This document shows positions 38,724 through 47,212 of a stretch of DNA of 64,000 nucleotides, piece by piece. The DNA comes from Acutalibacteraceae bacterium (lineage in GTDB: Bacteria > Bacillota > Clostridia > Oscillospirales > Acutalibacteraceae). The notes beneath the pieces were generated by a model. That model did not search any database, was not told the DNA's origin, and worked only from the letters and a program-made list of their open reading frames with translations. The position numbers were made by a program, and so were the translations under genes. The DNA lies in assembly GCA_045599985.1 (NCBI GenBank), contig JAZRWZ010000166.1:2369-66368 (forward strand), read 5' to 3'. Numbering within the stretch: position 1 is the stretch's first letter; every line of letters starts with the position of its first letter.

Positions 38724-39647
38724 ATGGCTCATTACAACAAATTCATTGCCGATTTTATGGCACACTACGCATACCCCGACGAGGCGACCGCCCTGTTTAC
38801 CGAGGTTCTCAAAAAGCTGGATGAAAACCCCGGCTTTGCCGAACCTTTTGACGCGCTGACCCGCCGTTACAGCGACCACCGCTGCCGCATTGACGACATT
38901 CTTCCCGACCTGAAAGAACTGGCGGAGAAAATGGGTTACAGCGAATACACCCTGAATTTCGTGTTTCTGCTCTCCCTTACCGAGGAGCTGTACGAAATGC
39001 ACCACCTGATGGGCCTTGGCGACACCGTGTATTACGCCACCATGGGCGACCTGCGCTACAAGCTGCTGGAGTGCATGGAGTGCGAGCACGTGCCCGGCAC
39101 CTTTGTGGCAGGCTGGTTTGACGGCTTCTTCCGTATGGAGCGCTTTGCCTACGGCCGCTTCCAGTTTGAAATCTGCCACGTGGACCTTGACGGGAAAGAA
39201 TCCTACACCATGAAGAGCGGCAGAGTGGTGCATCCGGGCGACAAATACGTGAATATGCATATCCCCTCCTCCGGCCAGCCCCTGACCGACGAGGTGCGCT
39301 TTGCCTCCTATAAAGAGGCCTACAAGCACGTGAAGGGTCTGTTCCCCGACGGCAAGGTGCTGTTCGGCTGCGGCTCCTGGCTTCTGTTCCCCAAACACAA
39401 GGAGTTTTTGCCCCCCGAGCTGAATATTCTGAAATTCTTCGGTGATTTCGAAATCGTCCGCGGCGGCGAGCGCGATCACTTCGGCGATGACTGGCGTGTG
39501 TTCGGCCACTACACCGAGCTGCCTCTGGAGGAATGGCCCGAGGATACCAAGCTGAGAAAGGCCTATCACCAATGGCTGATGGCCGGCAACAAAACCGGCA
39601 GCGGCTTCGGTCTGTTTGAGTTTGACGGCGAAAAAATCCTGAAATAA
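38724..39647 (+). CDS. N-acyltransferase-like protein (NAT_N/GNAT_C type)
   Basis: GRFQF, HIPSSG, CGSWLL.P, NILKF and TKLR motifs; own TTGCAT-17-TATTCT promoter. Confidence 0.65.
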   Translation: MAHYNKFIADFMAHYAYPDEATALFTEVLKKLDENPGFAEPFDALTRRYSDHRCRIDDILPDLKELAEKMGYSEYTLNFVFLLSLTEELYEMHHLMGLGDTVYYATMGDLRYKLLECMECEHVPGTFVAGWFDGFFRMERFAYGRFQFEICHVDLDGKESYTMKSGRVVHPGDKYVNMHIPSSGQPLTDEVRFASYKEAYKHVKGLFPDGKVLFGCGSWLLFPKHKEFLPPELNILKFFGDFEIVRGGERDHFGDDWRVFGHYTELPLEEWPEDTKLRKAYHQWLMAGNKTGSGFGLFEFDGEKILK

Positions 39648-39741
39648 TCCGTTCCTGCGGGAAGAAAAATGAATTCCCCCGCACCGTTTCCACATAGTAT
39701 AACAACAGAAAGGGCCGCCTGACTGCGGCAGAGCAACGCAT

Positions 39742-40305
39742 ATGATTTCGGTTAACCCCACCCTGTTTCACGGCGCTCCCGCCGACCCCCGCATAGAGAA
39801 GGAGCAGGCCACCTACACCGCCCTGACGGAAATGGGCATTGATTTTTACCGCGCCGACCATGACCCCGCCGCCACCATTGAGGACTGCCACACCGTGGAA
39901 ACCCTGCTGGGCGCCGAAATCTGCAAAAATCTGCTGCTGTGCAACCGGCAGGAAACCGAGTTTTACCTGCTGCTGATGCCCGGCGACAAGCCCTTTAAAA
40001 CCAAGGATTTATCCAAACAAATCGGCACGGCGCGGCTCTCCTTTGCCTCCGCCGACCACATGGAAGCCCTCGTGAACATCACCCCCGGCTCCTTAAGCGT
40101 GATGGGGCTGATTTTTGACAAGGCGCACCGGGTGCATCTGGTGATTGACAAGCCCCTGCTGGAGGAGGAATACCTCTGCTGCCACCCCTGCATCAACACC
40201 TCCACCCTCAAAATCAAAACCGATGACATTCTGCACCGCTTTTTACCGGCGCTCGGCTTCGAGCCCGTAATTGTGGATTTGCCCCTTCCCGAGGAGGAGG
40301 CCTGA
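39742..40305 (+). CDS. YbaK/ProX-type aminoacyl-tRNA editing protein
   Basis: CKNLLL, RLSFAS, ITPGSLS and HPCIN motifs. Confidence 0.85.
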   Translation: MISVNPTLFHGAPADPRIEKEQATYTALTEMGIDFYRADHDPAATIEDCHTVETLLGAEICKNLLLCNRQETEFYLLLMPGDKPFKTKDLSKQIGTARLSFASADHMEALVNITPGSLSVMGLIFDKAHRVHLVIDKPLLEEEYLCCHPCINTSTLKIKTDDILHRFLPALGFEPVIVDLPLPEEEA

Positions 40306-40328
40306 CAATCCGCGTGATATCGCTTTTT

Positions 40329-40360
40329 AAGGCATATTGTGTTCAAATCCCTTTTGCCTT
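40329..40360 (+). repeat. 32-bp element, left copy
   Basis: AAGGCATATTGTGTTCAAATCCCTTTTGCCTT is the exact reverse complement of 44532-44563. Confidence 0.9.
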
Positions 40361-40382
40361 CAGCCGAAAGGAGCGTTTTCCC

Positions 40383-41429
40383 TTGAATTACGAAACCACC
40401 TGCCTTTCCTGCTTCCGCGAAAAGGGTGGTCAGATTCACTGCCCCCACTGCGGCTTCACCGAGCCTGCCCTGCGCAAAAAAGAGCTGCTGCCCGCCCGCA
40501 CCCTGCTGGAGGGGCGCTATCTCATCGGTGAGGTGCTGGAAATCAACCGCATGACCGCCAACTACAAGGCTTTGGACATCCAAGAAAACCGCACGGTGGA
40601 AATCAAGGAGTTCTACCCCCGTGAATATGCGGCCCGCCACCAGAGTGAGCACATTCTGCTGCCCCTTTCTCCCGAAAAGGGCGAAGCCTTTTTCAAGGCC
40701 ATCCGCACCAAGGAATCCATCGGCCAGTTTGTGTGCCGCTTTTCCGATTCCGACAATCTTTTGGATGTGTATGAATGCTTCCGCGCCAACAACACGGTGT
40801 ACCTTGCCTGCGAATATCTGGAGGGGATGCTTCTCTCCGATTATCTGGAAAACTGCGGCGGTGCCGTGGATTCCGACACGGCCCTCACCGTGGCAGGCAG
40901 TGTGCTCAGCGGCCTTGACCGCCTGCACAAAAGCGGCATGATTCACCGCGCCATTGCGCCGCAGAACATTTTCATCACCGTGGATGACCGCATCAAAATC
41001 ATCAATTTCGGCTTTGCCAAATCCACCGAAACCGAGACGGAGCCCTACGCCACCCTGATTTTCACCCCCGGCTACGCCGCCCCCGAGCAGTCCCGTGCCC
41101 ACCGGGTGCAGGGCCCCTACACCGATATTTATGCCGTGGGCGCCATGCTCTACCACATGCTCACCGGCGAAAAGCCCTCGGGCGCTCTGGAACGAATGGC
41201 GGAGGATCATCTGCTGCCTCCCGCCGCCCTGAACGGCGAGGTTTCCGAGGCCGTGAATAACGCGGTGATGAAGGCTTTGGCCATTGACCCGGGTGACCGT
41301 TTTCAATCTGCCGAGGCTTTTCGTGAAGCGCTTCTGACGGGCAACAACAGCCACGCCGTTACCGCCGGCAAAAAAACAGGCTTTGCCCGCTCCCTGCGCT
41401 CCCTGCTGAACATCACGCAAAACGACTGA
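40383..41429 (+). CDS. Hanks-type Ser/Thr kinase-fold protein with an N-terminal zinc ribbon (predicted pseudokinase)
   Basis: CLSC...CPHC, GRYLIGEVL, IKEFYP, HRAIAPQN, INFG, TPGYAAPEQ and TDIYAVG motifs; TTG start after AAAGGAG. Confidence 0.8.
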   Translation: MNYETTCLSCFREKGGQIHCPHCGFTEPALRKKELLPARTLLEGRYLIGEVLEINRMTANYKALDIQENRTVEIKEFYPREYAARHQSEHILLPLSPEKGEAFFKAIRTKESIGQFVCRFSDSDNLLDVYECFRANNTVYLACEYLEGMLLSDYLENCGGAVDSDTALTVAGSVLSGLDRLHKSGMIHRAIAPQNIFITVDDRIKIINFGFAKSTETETEPYATLIFTPGYAAPEQSRAHRVQGPYTDIYAVGAMLYHMLTGEKPSGALERMAEDHLLPPAALNGEVSEAVNNAVMKALAIDPGDRFQSAEAFREALLTGNNSHAVTAGKKTGFARSLRSLLNITQND

Positions 41430-41451
41430 TTTTCCGAATCGAATACACGCA

Positions 41452-41493
41452 AAAAAGCGATGCTTCCCGTGAGAATGCGGGAAACATCGCTTC
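41452..41493. repeat. hairpin family copy 3
   Basis: AAAGCGATGCTTCCCGT...GCGGGAAACATCGCTT; shares 24 nt with copy 1. Confidence 0.8.
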
Positions 41494-41537
41494 TTCTTTT
41501 ATCTGTTTTTCCCTTTGTTAAAAAGGGCTTTAATCGG

Positions 41538-42341
41538 TTATACCGTCAGCAATCCGGCATCCAGCACATACTGGGCACCGGTGGCAAAACGGGCTTTGTC
41601 GCCGGCAAGGAACAGCACCAGATTGGCCACATCCTCGCTCTCCAGCCAGGGGGTATCAATCAGGTTGCCTGCGCTGGCGCCCGCCTCCTCCTCGGGGGTT
41701 TTGCCCTCAATGGCGGCAAGGCCGTCATTCATGGGAGTGTTCACGGCGGTGGGGTGAATGCTGAGCACGCGGATGTTGTAGGGAGCCAGCTCAATGGCCC
41801 ATGCCTTGGTAAGGCCGGTCAGGCCCCACTTGGAGGCGGTGTAGTGGCTCAGGCAGTTGCCGCCGCGCAGACCCATAACGGAGGAGTTATTGATGATCAC
41901 ACCGCTTTTCTGCTTCATCATGTAAGGGGAGATACGGCGCACCATGTTGAAGGGACCCTTCATGTTGATATCAATCATGGCGTTCCACTCTTCATCGGTC
42001 ATCAGGTCCACACGCTGATGGGCGCAGATACCGGCGTTGTTGAACAGAATATCGATTTTGCCGAATTCCTTGATGGCACGCTCAACCGCATCGGTAACGG
42101 CGGCATCATCGCGCACATCTCCGGCGGCAATCAGGCATCTGACACCCTTGGCCTCAATCTCTTCCTTCAGGGTCTTCAGCTCATCGCTGGTGCCGAAGGC
42201 GTAAGCGGGGTATTCGATTTTTTTGGCAACATCAAAAGCCACCACATCGGCACCCTCGTCGGCAAAAGCCAGAGCGGTGGCACGGCCCTGACCGTGGGCG
42301 GCGCCGGTGATGAATACTACTTTGTTTTCAAACTCTTTCAT
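41538..42341 (-). CDS. SDR oxidoreductase, carveol-dehydrogenase-like subtype
   Basis: TGAAHGQG, NNAG and YTASK motifs; inserted loop after the nucleotide-binding Asp. Confidence 0.85.
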   Translation of the reverse strand: MKEFENKVVFITGAAHGQGRATALAFADEGADVVAFDVAKKIEYPAYAFGTSDELKTLKEEIEAKGVRCLIAAGDVRDDAAVTDAVERAIKEFGKIDILFNNAGICAHQRVDLMTDEEWNAMIDINMKGPFNMVRRISPYMMKQKSGVIINNSSVMGLRGGNCLSHYTASKWGLTGLTKAWAIELAPYNIRVLSIHPTAVNTPMNDGLAAIEGKTPEEEAGASAGNLIDTPWLESEDVANLVLFLAGDKARFATGAQYVLDAGLLTV

Positions 42342-42398
42342 AAGAATCCCTCATTTTTATTGTTGATAACGCCCGGGGGCGTGAAAGGTATCCGCTGT

Positions 42399-43577
42399 TT
42401 AAAAGGTGGAGGACATATCCTCCTGCGTCTGCTCCACAACCGTCTTTTTGTAGTTGGAGTTTTTCACCTTTTCCATGAGCATGTTGTAATACAGCTCATC
42501 GTCAAAGGGAATTTCCACGGTTTTGTCAAGCCAGGAGGAGAGGAAAGCGGCGTTGGAGATGGTGAGCCCGTTCAGGCCCTCCTCGCCCTCGGCCATCAGA
42601 GGTGTGCCGTGCAGAATGTGGGCGGCAAACCGGTTGATTACCTCCTCGTGCATGTTGGCGGGAGGCTCCCCGCCGAACTCCGTCCACTCACCCACAGGCT
42701 TATCAAAACCGCCGGGAGCCGTCTGGGTAAATTCCTGCAGGCCTTTGTTCAGTTCGCACAACCGGATGCCCCATTTTTTGGCCATGGCATCATATTCGCA
42801 CACGATGCGCGCCTTTTCCATGGTGATTTCCAAACGGTTGGAGCCGGGCCAATCGCCCGTGGAGGTGATGAATGTGCCCGTGGCCCCGTTGGGGTATTCC
42901 ACATAGATGGTAACATCGTCTTCCACCTCAATATCGTGCCACTTGCCCACATGGCAGAAGGCACGCACCTTGTTGGGCATGCCGCAAATCCACTGCCAGA
43001 GGTCAAGCTGATGGGGGCATTGGTTGAGCATAACGCCGCCGCCTTCGCCCTCCCATGTGGCACGCCAGGAGCCGGAGTTGTAGTAGGACTGGGTGCGGTA
43101 CCAATCGGTAATCACCCAGCAAACACGGCGCAGCTCGCCGTATTTTCCGCTTTTTACCAGTTCACGCACCTTGCGGAACACGGGGTTGGTGCGCTGGTTG
43201 AACATGATGGCATAGGTTCTGTCGGTGGTTTTGGAGAAGGCGATGGCCTCCTTCACCTGCTTGGTGTAAACCCCGGCGGGCTTTTCGCTCATCACGTGCA
43301 GCCCCGCCTTCATGGCGGCAATGGCGATGGGCGGGTGGAAATAGTGGGGCGTGGCAATCACGACCGCCTCGCAGAGGCCGGAGGCCAGCAGCTCATCGGC
43401 GGTGTTGAAGCACACCACACCGGGCACTTTTTCCCTTGCGTTGTCAAAGCGGCGGGGGTCGATATCCGCCACGCAGGTCAATTCGATTTCGGGCAGATTA
43501 CCGGCGGCGTAGCTTTTCAGGTAATTGCCGCCCTGATTGCCGATGCCGATAACACCCAGTCTGATTTTTTCTGCCAT
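42399..43577 (-). CDS. Gfo/Idh/MocA oxidoreductase
   Basis: GVIGIG, ATPHYFH, SEKP, QRTNP and NQCPHQLD motifs. Confidence 0.9.
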   Translation of the reverse strand: MAEKIRLGVIGIGNQGGNYLKSYAAGNLPEIELTCVADIDPRRFDNAREKVPGVVCFNTADELLASGLCEAVVIATPHYFHPPIAIAAMKAGLHVMSEKPAGVYTKQVKEAIAFSKTTDRTYAIMFNQRTNPVFRKVRELVKSGKYGELRRVCWVITDWYRTQSYYNSGSWRATWEGEGGGVMLNQCPHQLDLWQWICGMPNKVRAFCHVGKWHDIEVEDDVTIYVEYPNGATGTFITSTGDWPGSNRLEITMEKARIVCEYDAMAKKWGIRLCELNKGLQEFTQTAPGGFDKPVGEWTEFGGEPPANMHEEVINRFAAHILHGTPLMAEGEEGLNGLTISNAAFLSSWLDKTVEIPFDDELYYNMLMEKVKNSNYKKTVVEQTQEDMSSTF

Positions 43578-43589
43578 GTTCCATCAACC

Positions 43590-44369
43590 TCATTTCTGAA
43601 GGCTCTGCATGAATGCCCAGGATTCCTCGGTGGATTGGAAAGCGTCGCCGTTTTTCCAATCGCAATCCTGCTCATACATGATGTAGGGGATTTCCAGCTC
43701 GCAGGCGGCCTCGTAGCAGGCCTTCAGGTCCACAACGCCCTGACCAAGGGAGACGAATCTGCGGTTGCCCTCCTCATCAACGGCGTAATCCTTGAAGTGA
43801 AGCACCTTGACGCGGCCCTTCATTTTGCGAAGCACCTCAACGGGGTCGGCACCGCCGTAGTTGATCCATGCCACATCGGGAATGAAGTTGAACAGGGCGG
43901 GGTCGGTCTCTTTAAGCAGGAAATCCATCATGCAATGGATGTTGTCATCCAGACGGTTGAACTCAAAAGCGTGGTTGTGGTAGTTAAAGGTCATGCCGGC
44001 GGCCTTCAGCTTTTCGTCAACCTCGGCGCTCTCCTTGATGAAGCGGCGCACATTGCCTCTGTTGCCTCTGCCCTCACCGGGGGCGGAGCCGATACCGATG
44101 GCATCACAGCCGATGACCTGATGGTGACGGATAACATCGTCAATATCCTCTTTCATCCAGTCAAAGCTCTTGTGGGTAATGCAGACCTTCATGTTGTTTT
44201 TATCCAGAATCTCGCGCTGGGTCTCGGCGGGAATATCCCCGATGCCTGAAATCTGCACATCGGTAACGCCCATGGCGGAAAGGCGTGCCAGAGTGGCGTC
44301 AAAATCCTCGGCGTTCTGAATGTAATCACGCAGGGTGTAGAGCTGAATGCCCATAATCGGTTTTGCCAT
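43590..44369 (-). CDS. xylose-isomerase-like TIM barrel (sugar phosphate isomerase/epimerase family)
   Basis: QLYTLR, YHNHAFEF, DVAW, HFKD, G.G.VD and EQD motifs. Confidence 0.85.
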   Translation of the reverse strand: MAKPIMGIQLYTLRDYIQNAEDFDATLARLSAMGVTDVQISGIGDIPAETQREILDKNNMKVCITHKSFDWMKEDIDDVIRHHQVIGCDAIGIGSAPGEGRGNRGNVRRFIKESAEVDEKLKAAGMTFNYHNHAFEFNRLDDNIHCMMDFLLKETDPALFNFIPDVAWINYGGADPVEVLRKMKGRVKVLHFKDYAVDEEGNRRFVSLGQGVVDLKACYEAACELEIPYIMYEQDCDWKNGDAFQSTEESWAFMQSLQK

Positions 44370-44531
44370 GCTGTATTCCTCCTGTTTTGCGCCGCGGGAA
44401 AGCGGCGGTTTGTTATTTTTGAGGTATGCTTTCACACACTTTTTTCATTATACTTCCATTTTGCCGCAATTTCAATCTCATAAAACAGATATTGCCAAGG
44501 TTTTACGGGTTTGTTATAATAGAGCCATCAC

Positions 44532-44563
44532 AAGGCAAAAGGGATTTGAACACAATATGCCTT
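44532..44563 (-). repeat. 32-bp element, right copy (inverted)
   Basis: AAGGCAAAAGGGATTTGAACACAATATGCCTT, located between the -10 box (44515-44520) and the RBS. Confidence 0.9.
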
Positions 44564-44591
44564 TTGCCAAACAATAAGGAGTGAAGCGGTT

Positions 44592-45365
44592 ATGAAATTC
44601 GGTATATGTGTGGGCGACAAAGCCTCCAGTGTCGCCATTGCCGCCAAAAGCGGCTTTGACTTTGTGGAAAGCTGTTTTTCCCTGCTGGCGGAAGCCCCCG
44701 ATGAAAAATACAACGCCTTTGCCGCCGCGTTGAAGGAAAGCGGCATCCCCTGCCTCTCCGTCAACTGCTTTATGCCCGGCCGCCTGAAGGTGACCGGCCC
44801 CGAAATCGACACCGAGGCCGTTACGGCCTATGTGAAGAAGGGCATGGAACGGGGCAAGGCTCTGGGCGTGAAAAAGGTGGTATTCGGCTCCTCCGGCGCC
44901 CGCAATATTCCCGAGGGCTTCTCCTACCGTGAGGGTTACCGCCAGATTATTGCCTTTTTGCAGAACATCGTTTCTCCCATTGCCGCCGAAAACGGCATTA
45001 CCGTGGTCATCGAGCCCTTGGGCCGTGAGGATTCCAACATCATCAACTGCGCACAGGAGGCCGCTGCCGTGGCTGCCGCCGTGGGTAAAGATAACGTGCA
45101 CACCCTTGTGGATTTGTACCACATGACCACCGATGTGAACGACTCCCCCGACACCGTAAGAAAACTGAAGGGCGAAATTTTCCACGCCCACATCGCCTGC
45201 CCCGTCAGCCGGGTGTTCCCCACCGACCCCGCCGCCTACGACTACAAGGCCTTTGTGGATGCCCTTGTTTACGCCGGGTGCGAAACCTGCGCCGTGGAGG
45301 GCGGCAGCGATGATTTTGCCGCCGATGCCCCCGTTGCGGCTGCCGTTCTGAAAAGCCTGCTGTAA
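44592..45365 (+). CDS. xylose-isomerase-like TIM barrel (epimerase-like)
   Basis: GFDFVE, VFGSSGAR, IEPL, DLYHM, HAHIA and VEG motifs. Confidence 0.85.
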   Translation: MKFGICVGDKASSVAIAAKSGFDFVESCFSLLAEAPDEKYNAFAAALKESGIPCLSVNCFMPGRLKVTGPEIDTEAVTAYVKKGMERGKALGVKKVVFGSSGARNIPEGFSYREGYRQIIAFLQNIVSPIAAENGITVVIEPLGREDSNIINCAQEAAAVAAAVGKDNVHTLVDLYHMTTDVNDSPDTVRKLKGEIFHAHIACPVSRVFPTDPAAYDYKAFVDALVYAGCETCAVEGGSDDFAADAPVAAAVLKSLL

Positions 45366-45403
45366 AAGCACACAGGCAAGTCCCTTTGCCTGATAAAAAC
45401 AAT

Positions 45404-45458
45404 AAAGCGATGTCTGACCGCCGGCACAGCGCCGGAGCAACGGTCTGACATCGCTTTT
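45404..45458. repeat. hairpin family copy 4
   Basis: AAAGCGATGTC...GACATCGCTTT with an inner CCGGCA..CGCCGGA segment. Confidence 0.75.
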
Positions 45459-45481
45459 TGTTTTGGAAAAACGGAGGATTC

Positions 45482-47005
45482 TTATTTTTTGAATTTCATC
45501 TCCGCCGTAATAGTGCGAAGCAGCAGCTTCATAATGCCGGAGGCCGCCGCCTTCAGGGGCTTGTATTTCTCCAGTACGGCAACCTCGCTCACATTGGTCA
45601 GTATGAATTCCTCAAAGCCGGGGTCATCGGCCACACGCAGGCCGAAGCCGTTGTGCTCAAAGCGGAATGTCATGGTGAGGGAGGAAAGGGTGTTGAGCGC
45701 CTTCACCCGCATGTGCAGCACATTGCCCTCCCAGTAGCCGTGGGACCACACCGTGTAGGGGTAGCCCTTCAGGCTGCAGGCGGAAAGGCGGGGAGTGCCG
45801 TCAAGGCCGCAGATTACGGTGACCGGGTCGTCTTCCTCATACCAGTGCACGGTAACGGTATTGTCATCCTGTGTAAAGGTGAAGCGGTCAAAGCTCTTTT
45901 TCGGGCGCTTGGCCATGCTGGTGGAAAGACTTCTGGGAATCAGTGAAGCGGGGAAAAGCAGCCCCGCCATGCCCTTTGAAAGGGCCTCCATGCGGAATTC
46001 GCCCCCGGGCACCCTGCCCCGGGTATCTTTTGCCGTGATTTTCTCATCCTTGCCCTGCAGATATGTTTCCAAAAGGGCCCTTCCCTCGGCATCGTCCGCC
46101 TCCTCAAGGGCGGGCAGCAGCCATTGCTTCTGCAGCCGCTCCAGGGGGGAATCATCCAATGTAACGTTGGTGTAGCCGATGACGGTTCCCGTGGCGGGGT
46201 AGCCCGAAATAATCTGACCGTACATGCCGTTCATGCAGAAGTGGTCGGGGCGGGTCCAGAACAGAAAGCCGTAGCCGTTGGCACCGGGGTGTTCATCGTT
46301 GGTTTCCGCCTGTTTTTTGCCGGCCTCCCGGGCCCAGTAGGCGGGAATCACCTGCCTGCCTTCGTACATACCGCCGTTGATGTAGCATTCCATGATTTTT
46401 ACCAGCGCCCGCAGGGGCAGATAGCCGCCCGTGCCGCCTACGCTGATGCCCTTGCAATCCGTTTCCCATGCAGGGGGCTCAATGCCCAGCGGCTCAAACA
46501 GGCGGGGCACCAGATAATCCCGCACGGTTTCCCCCGTCAGCCGCTGCAGCAGGGCGGAAAGCATATGCACATCGTTGTTGCTGTAAAGAAAGCCGTTCTT
46601 TTTGCGCAGGGGGGCTTTCAGGAAAATGGCAACATAATCCCCGGTCATATCCTGCAAAAAGCTGAACTGCTTGCCGCTGTGCATGGTGAGCAGCTGGCGC
46701 ACGGTAATATTCTCCGTGCCCGGGCTCTGTTTATAATCGGAAAAATAGGGGCCGATTTTGGTGTCCAACGTCAGCAGCCCCTCCTCCACGGCAAAGCCCA
46801 CCGCCGTGGATACCAGAGATTTGGTAACGGAAAACAGCGTGTGGGGCTGCTCTGCCCCATAGGGAGAAATGTAATGCTCAAACATGGTTTCCCCCCTGCG
46901 GGTAACCAGAAGCCCGTGGTTCTCCACCCCGGCCTCATCCAATCCTTTGTAAAAACCGAGCACCTTGCGGGAAGAAATCTTGCCCGAATCCGTTTGCATG
47001 GTCAT
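45482..47005 (-). CDS. serine hydrolase, beta-lactamase/esterase fold with a C-terminal extension
   Basis: FSVTKS (SxxK), YSN, LFEPLGI and GYGFLFW motifs. Confidence 0.8.
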   Translation of the reverse strand: MTMQTDSGKISSRKVLGFYKGLDEAGVENHGLLVTRRGETMFEHYISPYGAEQPHTLFSVTKSLVSTAVGFAVEEGLLTLDTKIGPYFSDYKQSPGTENITVRQLLTMHSGKQFSFLQDMTGDYVAIFLKAPLRKKNGFLYSNNDVHMLSALLQRLTGETVRDYLVPRLFEPLGIEPPAWETDCKGISVGGTGGYLPLRALVKIMECYINGGMYEGRQVIPAYWAREAGKKQAETNDEHPGANGYGFLFWTRPDHFCMNGMYGQIISGYPATGTVIGYTNVTLDDSPLERLQKQWLLPALEEADDAEGRALLETYLQGKDEKITAKDTRGRVPGGEFRMEALSKGMAGLLFPASLIPRSLSTSMAKRPKKSFDRFTFTQDDNTVTVHWYEEDDPVTVICGLDGTPRLSACSLKGYPYTVWSHGYWEGNVLHMRVKALNTLSSLTMTFRFEHNGFGLRVADDPGFEEFILTNVSEVAVLEKYKPLKAAASGIMKLLLRTITAEMKFKK

Positions 47006-47144
47006 TCCCCTTTCGTTTGCGGCCCTGCCGACTATTATAAGTTCAATATAGCACATAAAAATGCAAAACGGAATACTTTTTTCACCGCCTGCCCTCGTTT
47101 TTGTTCGTGTTCTCCGCCGGCTGCGGGAAATACGCATTTTCAGG

Positions 47145-47173
47145 TTGAAAATAAATCTTTCCTATGCCATAAT
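47145..47173 (+). promoter_or_regulatory. sigma-A promoter of the 47.2-60.6 kb operon
   Basis: TTGAAA, 17 nt, TG-C-CATAAT. Confidence 0.6.
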
Positions 47174-47212
47174 ATTTTAAATACATACTCTGTAATATAG
47201 GAGATTCCCGAC

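Noticed and set aside
40339-40351. tRNA gene or att site suggested by GTTCAAATCCC
   Set aside because: No acceptor, D or anticodon arms, and no integrase nearby; kept only as part of the 32-bp repeat.
45482-47005. Beta-lactam resistance gene
   Set aside because: No signal peptide, atypical length and a catabolic context; the fold alone is not evidence of resistance.
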